DNA from: an uncultured bacterium
GTDB taxonomy: Bacteria; Chloroflexota; UBA5177; JANWHV01
Reading direction: 5' to 3'
Length of the DNA stretch: 64,000 nucleotides
Assembly: GCA_963729625.1 (NCBI GenBank)
Contig: CAVSOU010000014.1
Span: forward strand, 96,001-160,000
The position numbers and the translations under genes are program-made. The notes below the pieces were generated by a model. The model had not been told where the DNA came from and ran no database searches. It saw only the letters and a program-made list of their open reading frames with translations. Below are positions 1-9,124 of this stretch, piece by piece (the stretch's first letter is position 1; every line of letters starts with the position of its first letter).

Positions 1-122
1 GACCATGCCGCGCAGTCGGGCCACCAGCGCCGGAAAGCGGGGCAGGACCTGGCCGATCCACAGGGCCGGTTCAGGCCTTCCACCATCTGGGCGGACTTGC
101 CGCCGCCCCCGGCTTGCTGGTT

Positions 123-400
123 CTACCGATGTGTGGCTTCGAAGGCGTGGTGCCGAGCGCTTTCTCCAGGAGGGGCGGCGCACAGAGCGGCGTGCCAGCA
201 GACACGGTGCGCTCGGCCCGCCATGTACGTGCAGTCGTAGCACACGGTGCGCCTGGTCTCCACGGGCTGAAAGGTGTACACGACTGGAGCGCCAGTCACG
301 CGCGGTGCGGAGACGGTGTACTACAGACCATCGCGATCCACATGGCCTGGTCGATGTCGTGCTGCGCCACGTTCAGCGACGCAAGTGGTGGGCCGGCTTG
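123..400 (-). pseudogene. Degenerate SWIM zinc-finger protein remnant
   Basis: Manual translation of the minus strand gives VAERGAARHRPGHVDRDGL*YTVSAPR...VVYTF...YDCTYMAGRAHRVCWHAAL. This resembles the SWIM CxC-xn-CxH pattern with the second Cys changed to Tyr and an in-frame TAG at 321-323. Boundaries approximate. Confidence 0.35.
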
Positions 401-510
401 GAGCGGTTGCATCCGGTGCACCGCTCCACGCGACGTCAACCACCAGTACGAGCGAAATGAGTGCGACTAGGCGTCGCAGCACGGTCTGTTTCCTTCCTGT
501 ATGGCATTAA

Positions 511-630
511 CTGGTACGCTTCACGGCGTACAAGGGGGAAGATCGAGATGGCTATGCGCTCGCCATGGACATCGCGCGACGTCACCTCTCGAACGGCCAG
601 CGTTCTGCTATCGTAGTGAAAGCCCAGTCC
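511..630 (+). pseudogene. Fragment of a ParB-N-associated phage/plasmid protein
   Basis: Reads LVRFTAYKGEDRDGYALAMDIARRHLSNGQRSAIVVKA, resembling the Y.G.D...(F/Y).....N..RRHL...QR segment of ParB-like MGE proteins. A TAA lies immediately upstream at 508-510 and the N-terminal domain is missing. Confidence 0.4.
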
Positions 631-658
631 GCCAAGGTGTCAGCGGGCATTGGAAACG

Positions 659-958
659 CTAGGACGCAGCGTACGCCCGCTCGCCGTCTACGATTGGTGC
701 AGCCTCTCGCACCTGGACTGCGTTCAACCAAAGGCCCGTTGCGGCGCACGCCAACGCGTCGCGAGCGATGTGCAGCGCCTCGTCAGGATCGTTCGCCTGT
801 ACTGTGGCACGGGCCGACAGATGGTTGTCGCGATAGGAGACGGCGCCGCCAAACGGCTGCAACAACTCCACAATGCTTTCGGCAGTCACATCACTCAGGA
901 CCGTCGATGCACGGAATTCCATGTCTACGTCCCATTCTCGCATCGTCTGCCCTCTCAT
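659..958 (-). CDS. Putative HicB-like antitoxin
   Basis: About 95-100 aa acidic protein. Its ATG overlaps the upstream toxin stop (ATGA at 955-958). The segment ARATVQANDPDEALHIARDAL resembles the HicB N-terminal strand-helix unit. Alternative start at 943. Confidence 0.5.
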   Translation of the reverse strand: MRGQTMREWDVDMEFRASTVLSDVTAESIVELLQPFGGAVSYRDNHLSARATVQANDPDEALHIARDALACAATGLWLNAVQVREAAPIVDGERAYAAS

Positions 959-1161
959 TTCTCTGGCGGGGGCCAAATCAATCCTTGCCGCCGCGGTGTC
1001 GCGAGTAAGTTCCGAATGGAGCGCACATCAGATGGTGTGCCCGATCCGATAACAGTCTGCTTTGTCGGGTCTGGCGGAGTGAACTTCGGATGGCCCTTGG
1101 TGGTCACGTCTACTGTCCAACCTTGGTCGCGCGCAGCACGCTCAAGATCACGCAGTTGCAT
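955..1161 (-). CDS. HicA-family toxin (mRNA interferase-like)
   Basis: 68 aa basic protein with the HicA pattern helix-GW-strand-GH-strand: QGWTVDVTTKGHPKFTPP...GTPSDVRSIRN. Confidence 0.65.
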   Translation of the reverse strand: MQLRDLERAARDQGWTVDVTTKGHPKFTPPDPTKQTVIGSGTPSDVRSIRNLLATPRRQGLIWPPPEK

Positions 1162-1253
1162 GACGTTGACCGCACATGCCGTCTATCCCGATCACCCTTC
1201 CGTATCCCCGATCCCCTGTGTCGATACCCATACTTCTAGGGCATCTGTACCAG

Positions 1254-1262
1254 ATTCTAGCA
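1254..1262 (-). promoter_or_regulatory. Extended -10 promoter element upstream of hicA
   Basis: TGCTAGAAT (TGnTAnnnT) on the minus strand about 90 nt upstream of the hicA start. Confidence 0.4.
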
Positions 1263-1715
1263 TGCCGGTATGTCTTTCGCTACGCACCGCAAGAACTTGC
1301 GGGCGACGTCAAGGCAAACGTGCTGGACGGTCGCCTCCCAGCGTGCGCCCCGGAACGACACGCCACCGGCACAGAACGGCCGGACGCTGGCGCTGGCTCG
1401 CTCGCCAACCGCGTCCGGCCACGCACGGTGCTACGACCGTTAGGCGAGGATGCATCCTGTTGCCTCAGCGGCGGCTATATGCGAGTATCGGCAATCTACG
1501 ACCACCATCGGATGGCCGCTGTCCAGGGCTGTACCGGTTTGCGAAGCGCCGGTTGAGCGTTCCAGGATTCGATTGGGGCGGTCACGCCGGTGCAGAGTCT
1601 CGACGGAGATGGACAACGAATAGTCTCGGTTTTGCCACCGTGCGAGTACTCCCTACAATGAAAGGACGGCGCCGGTCCATTAGTGAGACCGGGTCATGTT
1701 GAGAAGAGGTCGTTC

Positions 1716-2054
1716 ATGCCTGTCACCACCACGGGTCTCGAGTACGAGGATGTAACCGTTGGCAGCGGCGAGAGTCCGCGTTCCGGGCAGAAGGTGTCCG
1801 TGCACTACACCGGCACGCTGACGAACGGCACGAAGTTCGATTCGAGTCGCGATCGCAACACGCCCTTTTCGTTTACGCTCGGCCTTGGCCAGGTGATAGC
1901 CGGGTGGGACGAAGGCGTGGCAACCATGCGCGTGGGCGGCAGACGAAAGCTTACAATTCCGTCGAGACTTGCCTATGGCGCTCGCGGTGTTCCAGGGGTG
2001 ATTCCATCTGGCGCCACGCTCGTCTTCGACGTCGAGCTGCTCGGTATCGGCTGA
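1716..2054 (+). CDS. FKBP-type peptidyl-prolyl cis-trans isomerase
   Basis: Motifs [45 protein letters not shown] before ATG 1716. Confidence 0.95.
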   Translation: MPVTTTGLEYEDVTVGSGESPRSGQKVSVHYTGTLTNGTKFDSSRDRNTPFSFTLGLGQVIAGWDEGVATMRVGGRRKLTIPSRLAYGARGVPGVIPSGATLVFDVELLGIG

Positions 2055-2125
2055 CGTGATCGGTCCGCAGGCAAGTCGGCCGTCCGTCGGCGCTCCGCCC
2101 ACTGGTATCCCTGCGAAGCGCGACG

Positions 2126-2956
2126 GTGGATCTGCCTCCGACAGGTCTCGTCCTGCTCTCAGTTTTGGCCGTACAGCTCGGGGCAGCCCTGGCAAAGGCG
2201 CTCTTCCACGAACTGGGTTCCAGCGGCACGGTGCTCCTGCGCATCGGCTTCGGCGCCGCGATCCTGCTTGCCGTGCGGCGGCCGAAGGTCCGCGGCTATG
2301 CGCGGGCCGACTATGGCATTGTCTTGCTCTTCGGCCTGACCATTGCCGCGATGAACAGCTGCTTCTATGCGTCGATCGCCAGGATTCCGCTGGGCGTCGC
2401 GGTGACTATCGAGTTCGTGGGGCCGCTGGCGGTGTCCGTTCTCGGCTCGCGCCGGCGCCTGGACCTGCTCTGGAGCGCTCTGGCGGCAGCGGGTATCGTG
2501 CTCCTGGCTCCGTGGGGCGGCACGGCACTTGATCCGCTGGGCGTGCTGCTCGCGCTGCTGGCGGCCGCCGGCTGGGCAGCGTATATCGTGCTCAACGTGC
2601 GTGTCGGCCGCGCGTTCAAGGGACAGACAGGTCTGGCGCTGGCTATGGGAGTCGCGTGGGTGGCCGCGCTGCCTCTCGGCTTCGCCGTAGCTGGCCCAGT
2701 GCTCGGGAATCCACGGCTGCTGTTGCTGGGACTCGGCGTAGCGGTACTATCGACCGTGATCCCGTTTTCGTTGGAGCACGCCGCGTTGAAGCGACTGCCG
2801 GCAAAGGTCTTCAGCGTTCTGATGAGCGTCGAGCCTGCGGTTGCCGCGCTCGTGGGCGCGATCGCGCTGAAGGAGGCTTTGGGCCTGCGTGCCCTCCTGG
2901 CCCTGGCAAGCGTCTCGATGGCCGCCGTCGGCAGCGCGCGTACGGACGAGCCGTAA
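2126..2956 (+). CDS. EamA/DMT family transporter (RhtA-like)
   Basis: Motifs VQLGAALAKALF, AMNSCFY.SIARIPLGVAVTIEFVGPL, LMSVEPAVAA. About ten hydrophobic segments. Confidence 0.9.
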   Translation: MDLPPTGLVLLSVLAVQLGAALAKALFHELGSSGTVLLRIGFGAAILLAVRRPKVRGYARADYGIVLLFGLTIAAMNSCFYASIARIPLGVAVTIEFVGPLAVSVLGSRRRLDLLWSALAAAGIVLLAPWGGTALDPLGVLLALLAAAGWAAYIVLNVRVGRAFKGQTGLALAMGVAWVAALPLGFAVAGPVLGNPRLLLLGLGVAVLSTVIPFSLEHAALKRLPAKVFSVLMSVEPAVAALVGAIALKEALGLRALLALASVSMAAVGSARTDEP

Positions 2957-3026
2957 CTTGAAAGCGACATGGCGACGGAGTTTCGGTCGCGCCGTGCCCA
3001 ATAGCAGCGAGGGAGGATTGTGACCC

Positions 3027-3506
3027 ATGGCAGCAGAGTCGAGTTCCTGTTGGGCGTTCTATTCGGGCTGGGAAGATTACCAACGACTGCTGGTTGGCGC
3101 CGTCGATCCGCTCGCGGACGCGCAGATGCAACACACGATAGCGGCAGAATTGCGATCGATCGGCATGCTCGCCACGCATATCGTGCGCACGCGCGCTGCC
3201 TGGCTCTATAAGGTGCTAGGCGAGGGCGGTGCAGAGGTGGCAGCAATCGCGGCATGGGATGATAACGCGAGAGACGCGCCGTCGGCGGCCGAGCTCGTGC
3301 GTGGACTCGAGGTCACATTCGCCGCCTGGAAGTCCTGTCTGCAGCGCTGGACGTCACAAGATCTCGACGCGGTCTTCCACGACGGGCCGGACGAAGTGGG
3401 TCGCGGCTGGATTATCTGGCATGTAATCGAGCACGACCTGCATCACGGCGGAGAGCTCTCCTACTCGCTGGGCGCGCTCGGCCTGGCCGGGCTCAGCCTT
3501 CCTTAG
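3027..3506 (+). CDS. DinB/YfiT family protein
   Basis: RSIG..ATHI near the N-terminus and WIIWHVIEHDLHHGGE metal-binding motif. RBS GGAGGA. Confidence 0.85.
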   Translation: MAAESSSCWAFYSGWEDYQRLLVGAVDPLADAQMQHTIAAELRSIGMLATHIVRTRAAWLYKVLGEGGAEVAAIAAWDDNARDAPSAAELVRGLEVTFAAWKSCLQRWTSQDLDAVFHDGPDEVGRGWIIWHVIEHDLHHGGELSYSLGALGLAGLSLP

Positions 3507-3646
3507 GGGCGTGCCGCGCACGAGATTCGACTGCCGGTCTCCACGTCCCACGGCCAACCTCGACGGGTCTCCCGGCGTAGGCGTGCCTCCGCGGTCGAGC
3601 GGGACTCGGCAGCCGGCAGGATCAGGCCGCGCCGCAGACAGCGGCG

Positions 3647-4231
3647 CTATTCCGCAGGCGTCTCCGGCACATCCGTGCGGTGGTAGATCGCCTCCACCGA
3701 AAACCTCACGCCGATCGCCGGCAGATCGACCTCGTCACGCGGCCCATAGAAACGGAACAGGCCCCACCCCTCGGCGGTACGCCGATAGACCTCGACGCGC
3801 TGATACTGCGTGGCAACCAGCACGTACTCCTGGAGGGACGGGCAGGCGCGATAGTCGTCCCATTTACGGCCGCGGTCCTTATCTTCTGTGCTGTCAGAGA
3901 GCACTTCGAAGACCGCGCGGGGTTCGACCACCTCGGTCATGTCTCTTGTTGCCTGATCGAGGGCCGAACACGACACCACCACATCGGCATACGTGTAGCG
4001 GCTGTCTGAGACCCGAGTTGCTAGATCGGAATTGTAGGCAATGCATGGCCCGTCGCCAAAAGCGCTATCTAGCAGACCCGAGATATTCATCGCGATCCGC
4101 GAGTGAGCAGCCGAGCCCCCGGCCATTGCGTAGACATATCCGTCGATGTACTCGTGCCTCACCTCGCTCGAACGTTCGAGCCGGCGCCACTCGTCGACAG
4201 TCATACGCGCATCTTGCCGGTTGGCAACCAT
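3647..4231 (-). CDS. Uma2 family endonuclease
   Basis: RHEYIDG..YAMAGGS..H, DVVVSC, FEVLS.ST..DRG.K..Y, PSLQEYVLV. RBS GGAGGG before ATG 4231. Confidence 0.9.
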   Translation of the reverse strand: MVANRQDARMTVDEWRRLERSSEVRHEYIDGYVYAMAGGSAAHSRIAMNISGLLDSAFGDGPCIAYNSDLATRVSDSRYTYADVVVSCSALDQATRDMTEVVEPRAVFEVLSDSTEDKDRGRKWDDYRACPSLQEYVLVATQYQRVEVYRRTAEGWGLFRFYGPRDEVDLPAIGVRFSVEAIYHRTDVPETPAE

Positions 4232-4400
4232 AGCGGACCCTCCACACGACATGGTAGCGCCTTCGGCTGAATGCCGAGCGCCGACTCTCGGCCAAGTGGG
4301 GCGGAGTTGAGGGGCAGGCCGGCATGAGTCGGCGGCGAAGGTCGCACGTTGAATTGTGGCTGTGTGAGGGCACGGCGTCGGTCGATTGGCGGCGTGACGG

Positions 4401-5156
4401 CTACTTCAGCGCGATCCCGTCTCGGACAGAATCTGCCACGCCGATGCTCGTACAAGGAGTGTCGTCGAAAAGCTCCGTGACCACCATATCGGATTTGTAG
4501 ATGCTTTCGTTTCCATGACGCAAAGGACTGATGGTGGTCTTCCGCATCGCATGAGCCGACAGCATTCCGCGCAAACAGTCCGTCAGCATATGACTGATCA
4601 CGTTGTGCGCATCCTCGAGGTGCGGAATCGACTTGTGCCGCACCACGATGGCGAGCTCAACAAGCGATAACGCCTCGCCGCCCTCGAACCCCAAGAGCGC
4701 CGCTGTGCGCATTCCACGTTTGCGCGCCAGTGCGAGTCCTTCGATCACGTTTGGCGAGTTTCCGCTGGTGCTCACAGCCAGCGCCAGGTCGCCCGGCCGG
4801 CCGCACGTGCGCAGTACCTCCGAGAAGACGCTGCTAAACCCTATATCGTTTGCCAGGGCGGTCATCGTCGACGCCATGGACACGAGAGAGAGACAGCGGA
4901 TGCCGGGCGCGCCAGGCACGCGCGTGCCCTTGCTCAGGTCGCACGCCATGTGGTCCGCGGTTGCCGCGCTGCCGCCGTTGCCGAACACATAGACGTTGCG
5001 GCCGGACTCGTTCACCGAAAAGACAAGCCTCGCCAAGCCTGCGACGTCGTCGAGAGGAATCACATCGAGAATCGTGTGCATCGACGCCAGGTAATCCTGG
5101 GCCACGCGCTGCGCATTCAAGCTTCCGGCCACATCGACGTCCTGGATCTGATGCAT
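4401..5156 (-). CDS. gmhA: SIS-domain phosphoheptose isomerase (GmhA family) with C-terminal extension
   Basis: FGNGGSAATADH, TALANDIGF..VF, STSGNSPNV, EDAH. Start at 5156 chosen from the RBS. Confidence 0.8.
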   Translation of the reverse strand: MHQIQDVDVAGSLNAQRVAQDYLASMHTILDVIPLDDVAGLARLVFSVNESGRNVYVFGNGGSAATADHMACDLSKGTRVPGAPGIRCLSLVSMASTMTALANDIGFSSVFSEVLRTCGRPGDLALAVSTSGNSPNVIEGLALARKRGMRTAALLGFEGGEALSLVELAIVVRHKSIPHLEDAHNVISHMLTDCLRGMLSAHAMRKTTISPLRHGNESIYKSDMVVTELFDDTPCTSIGVADSVRDGIALK

Positions 5157-5408
5157 GTGCTCCCGAACCTTTCTGCCCCGCGTCCGCCACGAAAGTTGCC
5201 CCCAGTTTAGCACGAATGCCACATTTGTGGCGAGTCCGCCAAATGGCCTCGCCTCCTGCGGGTCACCTCGGTTCTCCATCGAGTTGCCCGCTCGGTGCGC
5301 GATTGTCCAGCGACGGCGAGGTCTGCGCCGCATTCAGGCAACGCCTCCCGTTCACGTCGGTCCTTCGGGGCTCGGCGGAGGCGACGTGACACAGGGCTCA
5401 CGCATACG

Positions 5409-5438
5409 TTGACACCGGGAAAACTGCCGCGGTATGGT
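5409..5438 (+). promoter_or_regulatory. Sigma70-type promoter for the hddA/sugar-transferase operon
   Basis: TTGACA (5409-5414), 18-nt spacer, TATGGT (5433-5438). Confidence 0.6.
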
Positions 5439-5570
5439 TACACCGAGTTGAAGCGAACCAGGACAGGACCGGCGATGCGGTCTTTGTCGATGCCGGGCGG
5501 CTCCTCCGGCGTGGCAGACGGCCTCGTTATCGTACGGGAACCAGAGGTCACGCTCCGGCCCGGAGGGCTG

Positions 5571-6587
5571 ATGGTTATCGCGCGCGCCCCTATGCGTATC
5601 AGCTTCGCCGGTGGTGGAACCGACCTCCCGGCATACTACGAGCAGCACGGGGGGCAAGTTCTCAGTGTGTCGATCGATAAGTACATCTACGTGACCATTC
5701 AGCCGTCTCGCGCCGGCGTTCAGGTCACGTCACCGGATGAGGGCGTTCAGGCGCCTGAGACGATTCCCACAGATGCGCCGGGCATTCGCCTTCCACTACT
5801 CGTTGCCGATCGCTGCGCTCCCGGCAGAAATCTCCGTTTGTTCATAGCCGGGGAAGTGCCCTCGGGCACCGGACTCGGCAGCTCCAGCGCGTTGACAGTC
5901 GCCCTCATTGCCGGGCTCGGCGCCTACGCAGGCGATGAGCGTAGCGCGGTAGAGATCGCGGAACTGGCGTGCGAGCTCGAGATTGACTATCTCGGCTCGC
6001 CGATTGGCAAGCAGGATCAGTACGCCAGCGCCGTCGGCGGCATGAACGCGCTGACGTTCAACCGTGATGGCAGTGTCGACGTGGAACCGATTCGCTTAAC
6101 GCCGGACGTTCTCGACACGCTCGAGCGCAGGCTCATGCTCTTCTTCCTGGGCACGCGCCGCAACGCTGGTTCTGTGCTCGCAAGCCAGCGACGCCAGAGC
6201 GCGGCAGGCAATCCACAAACCATAGCTGCCCTGGGCGCCATGATGGCGCTTGCCGGGGACATGCGCCACGAACTTGTGCGTGGCGACCTCGAACGCTTTG
6301 GCTCGCTCCTTCACGACTCATGGATGCAGAAGCGCCAGGTGACCAGCGGCATCACCACGAGCTATATCGATCGGTGTTATACGGTCGCGCGACAAGCGGG
6401 CGCTACGGGTGGAAAGGTCGCGGGCGCAGGCGGCGGTGGTTTCCTGCTGTTGTACTGCCGTGAGGACCACCAGGTAGCGGTCACGGGCGCGCTTGAGCCG
6501 CTCGGCCTTGCGCGCCTGCCATTCGATTTCTCTGCCGCTGGCGTACAAGTCGTGCTCAATAACCCACTGCTGGACGCTTCGCGATGA
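5571..6587 (+). CDS. hddA: GHMP kinase, D-glycero-alpha-D-manno-heptose-7-phosphate kinase family
   Basis: RAPMRISFAGGGTDLP.YY, PSGTGLGSSS, IGKQDQYA, GGKVAGAGGGGF. RBS GGAGGG. An upstream start at 5475 is possible. Confidence 0.85.
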   Translation: MVIARAPMRISFAGGGTDLPAYYEQHGGQVLSVSIDKYIYVTIQPSRAGVQVTSPDEGVQAPETIPTDAPGIRLPLLVADRCAPGRNLRLFIAGEVPSGTGLGSSSALTVALIAGLGAYAGDERSAVEIAELACELEIDYLGSPIGKQDQYASAVGGMNALTFNRDGSVDVEPIRLTPDVLDTLERRLMLFFLGTRRNAGSVLASQRRQSAAGNPQTIAALGAMMALAGDMRHELVRGDLERFGSLLHDSWMQKRQVTSGITTSYIDRCYTVARQAGATGGKVAGAGGGGFLLLYCREDHQVAVTGALEPLGLARLPFDFSAAGVQVVLNNPLLDASR

Positions 6588-8083
6588 CACCCGAGGCGAG
6601 CACCGGCGCACTGGGATCTGGCGCCGGTGTGTGGCCCGGACCGGCACTGAACGAGCGCCGCTGGTGGTTGCTTGTCGTCGCGCTCCTGGCTGTGCTGGAC
6701 TCCCTGCTTATCGTGCTCGCACTATTTGTTGCGTACAAGCTTCGGTTTGGCAATGGACTGCTGGACGATACATTCTCGCTTGCACGCATCCGCGACACTC
6801 GGCCGGAGTTTTACGAGAAGCTCGTGCTGATCTTCAGCGTGTTGAGCGTTCTGATCTTTGCGTCCATGGGTTCGTATTATCGCCGCAACGTCCTGAGAGG
6901 CTCGATCCTCTATCAGCAAGTCTTCCTTGGCACCGGGCTTGCGGCACTGCTGGTCGAGTTCGTGAGCTATCTGTCCGACCGCCAGTACGCGATTGCGCGT
7001 GGCTGGTTGTTGCTGGCTTGGCTCCTCGGCGCCCTGGCCGTTGCCCTTGGCCGATTCGCCGGTCGCCGAGTCTTGCGCGCGGTCCATCGCGCCGGCATCC
7101 TCGTGCAGCCGGCGATTATCGCCGGCATCGGCCACGAAGGACAAATCCTCGAATGGCACCTGCGCCGCTCTCAGGAGGAGGGTATTCGAGTGATCGGGTA
7201 CGTCGACTCCGTCGCCCCCGTGGGACAGGATGTTCCGGGAGGGCTCCACGTGCTCGGCCACATCGACGACCTTCCTAACCTTATCGGACATCATCGGGTC
7301 GGCCTGGTGCTCCTTGCGACATCGGACCTCTCGCACGTCGATGCGCTCCGGGTCTTACAGCGTGTCATGCCCACTCCGGCCGAGTTATCGTTGGCGCCGG
7401 ACCTGTTTCGCATGTTGACCACTGGCGGCCACCTGCGCCGGATCGGCGGCGATGCTCTTCTGGTAGTCGATAAGGTGCGCATTACCGGTCTGGACGCAGT
7501 GCTCAAGGGTGTCCTTGACATCGTGGGCGCACTCACCCTGCTCGTTCTCACTTCGCCCCTATGGCTGGCGGTCGCGATCGCGGTCAAGATCACGTCGCCA
7601 GGCCCGCTGCTGTCGCGCCACGCGGCGCTGGGGGTAGGTGGGCGACAGTTCAACGCGCTGAAGTTCCGCACTACCCGATTCGGCGCCGGCGACGACGCGG
7701 ACGATGCAACCCAGGACAGGCTCGTGCGCGGACTTCCCGTGCGACAGAATCCGAATGCAACGGCGCTGGGGCGATTTCTCATTCGCTTCAGCCTGGACGA
7801 GCTACCGCAGTTGTTGAACGTGTTTGCCAGGCAGATGAGCCTTGTCGGCCCCTACAAGATTGATCCGCGGCAGGCGTCTTTGTACGGCGACCGCCAGCTG
7901 GCCCTGTTCACAGTTCGCCCCGGTATCACCGGAGTATGCCAGATACACGGGCGCGGCGAGCTAACGGTAGAGGAACGCTCGCTGCTCGACGCGGAGTATG
8001 TCCGCACCTACACGATCTGGCGCGACCTCCAGATCCTGGCTGCTTCTATCCCCGCCGTGGTTCGCGGGACCGCGGCATACTGA
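6584..8083 (+). CDS. Undecaprenyl-phosphate phosphoglycosyltransferase (WcaJ/WbaP-type)
   Basis: Four N-terminal TM helices, a CoA-binding-like middle domain, and a catalytic domain with KFRT, SLDELPQLLNV, MSLVGP, RPGITG..Q..GR. ATGA-coupled to hddA. Confidence 0.9.
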   Translation: MTPEASTGALGSGAGVWPGPALNERRWWLLVVALLAVLDSLLIVLALFVAYKLRFGNGLLDDTFSLARIRDTRPEFYEKLVLIFSVLSVLIFASMGSYYRRNVLRGSILYQQVFLGTGLAALLVEFVSYLSDRQYAIARGWLLLAWLLGALAVALGRFAGRRVLRAVHRAGILVQPAIIAGIGHEGQILEWHLRRSQEEGIRVIGYVDSVAPVGQDVPGGLHVLGHIDDLPNLIGHHRVGLVLLATSDLSHVDALRVLQRVMPTPAELSLAPDLFRMLTTGGHLRRIGGDALLVVDKVRITGLDAVLKGVLDIVGALTLLVLTSPLWLAVAIAVKITSPGPLLSRHAALGVGGRQFNALKFRTTRFGAGDDADDATQDRLVRGLPVRQNPNATALGRFLIRFSLDELPQLLNVFARQMSLVGPYKIDPRQASLYGDRQLALFTVRPGITGVCQIHGRGELTVEERSLLDAEYVRTYTIWRDLQILAASIPAVVRGTAAY

Positions 8084-8285
8084 ACACTCGTTCAGGCGCA
8101 GGCTGCAGCAGACGGATGTTGTACGAGTCGAGAGACCTCAGTGTGTGGCGGCGCTATGCCGGGCAAGGTCTCGCCGTGGAATTGCTTCCTATTGACCACT
8201 AATGGCTTCAACAGCCACCATACGGTGAGAGAGCGTCGCGGACGACCTCGCATATGGTCGAATCCTGCGCAGGAGAGGTTTGGCC

Positions 8286-8903
8286 GTGGCGAATGTGCCG
8301 GAACGATATCCGGAGGATCAGCCGCTCCGGCGGTCAGCCGTGTTTCTCGATCGCGACGGGGTTATCTGCGCCAATCGAGCTGATTACGTGCTTAGCTGGG
8401 AGCAGTTCAGTTTTTTGCCCGGAGCGCTTAAAGCCCTTGCGTTGCTCGCCGCAGCCAAGCGACCGGTAATCGTCGTGACCAATCAGACGATTGTCGGCAA
8501 GGGCTTGATTAAGCCGGAGATACTGGACGACATGCACGCGCGCATGTGTGGTGCAGTGCAGTCCAAAGGCGGCTCGATACTCGATGTACTGTATTGCCCG
8601 CACCTGACGGGCGAGCACTGCTCGTGTCGCAAGCCCAAGCCCGGCCTGTTGCTGATGGCTGCCGAGCGGCACGGCATCGACCTGAGCGAGAGCTTCTACG
8701 TCGGCGATGCGCTGAGCGACGTACAGGCAGGACAGGCCGCGGGATGCCGATGCGTGCTGGTGGAGTCTGGTCGCGGCCGGTCGCAGGTGCTGCGCGAGGA
8801 GGCGCGGTTCCTCCGCAACTATCACGAGGCCGGCGATCTGCTTGGCGCCGTCAAGTGGATCCTGGCGCAGCGCACCGGCGCCAGCCGGGGACACCGTCAA
8901 TGA
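8286..8903 (+). CDS. gmhB: D,D-heptose-1,7-bisphosphate phosphatase (HAD-IIIA)
   Basis: AVFLDRDGVI, VVTNQ, YCPH....CSCRKPKPG, VGD..SD. Confidence 0.9.
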   Translation: MANVPERYPEDQPLRRSAVFLDRDGVICANRADYVLSWEQFSFLPGALKALALLAAAKRPVIVVTNQTIVGKGLIKPEILDDMHARMCGAVQSKGGSILDVLYCPHLTGEHCSCRKPKPGLLLMAAERHGIDLSESFYVGDALSDVQAGQAAGCRCVLVESGRGRSQVLREEARFLRNYHEAGDLLGAVKWILAQRTGASRGHRQ

Positions 8904-9105
8904 CAGGAGCGCAAACGACCGCGAATTCCGCGCATTCGGCGGAGGTCCCGTCAGCTCAGTCGATCGTAGTTGCCGAGTTCGGGCTCGAGCGCCATCGTCC
9001 TTCCTCCTCGCACTACTGTACATCATGCCGCGGGCCGATGCCGCGTGCCCAGCACACCGCTTCCGGGTCGATTCGGACAGTCGCCGGCCTGTGCGCACGT
9101 GCTGA
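8900..9105 (+). CDS. Possible small zinc-ribbon protein (needs one extra base near 9098)
   Basis: ATG overlaps the gmhB stop. Contains HYCTSC, and restoring one base gives a terminal LCAxC* at TGA 9103-9105. Otherwise it reads through in frame into the galU-like gene. Confidence 0.3.
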
Positions 9106-9124
9106 GTCCGCGCGGAGGCAGCTG

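Noticed and set aside
650-1702. 350-aa plus-strand ORF and the 126-aa ORF at 1176-1556 (contains GYMRVS, like a resolvase start)
   Set aside because: The long ORF is antisense to the better-supported hicA/hicB pair and has no motif. The six-residue resolvase resemblance is not followed by any further serine-recombinase sequence.
3507-3545. GTGCCGCGCACGAGATTCGAC resembles the reverse complement of a tRNA 3' end (possible att site)
   Set aside because: No cloverleaf, no proper TTCGA T-loop stem and no CCA could be built.
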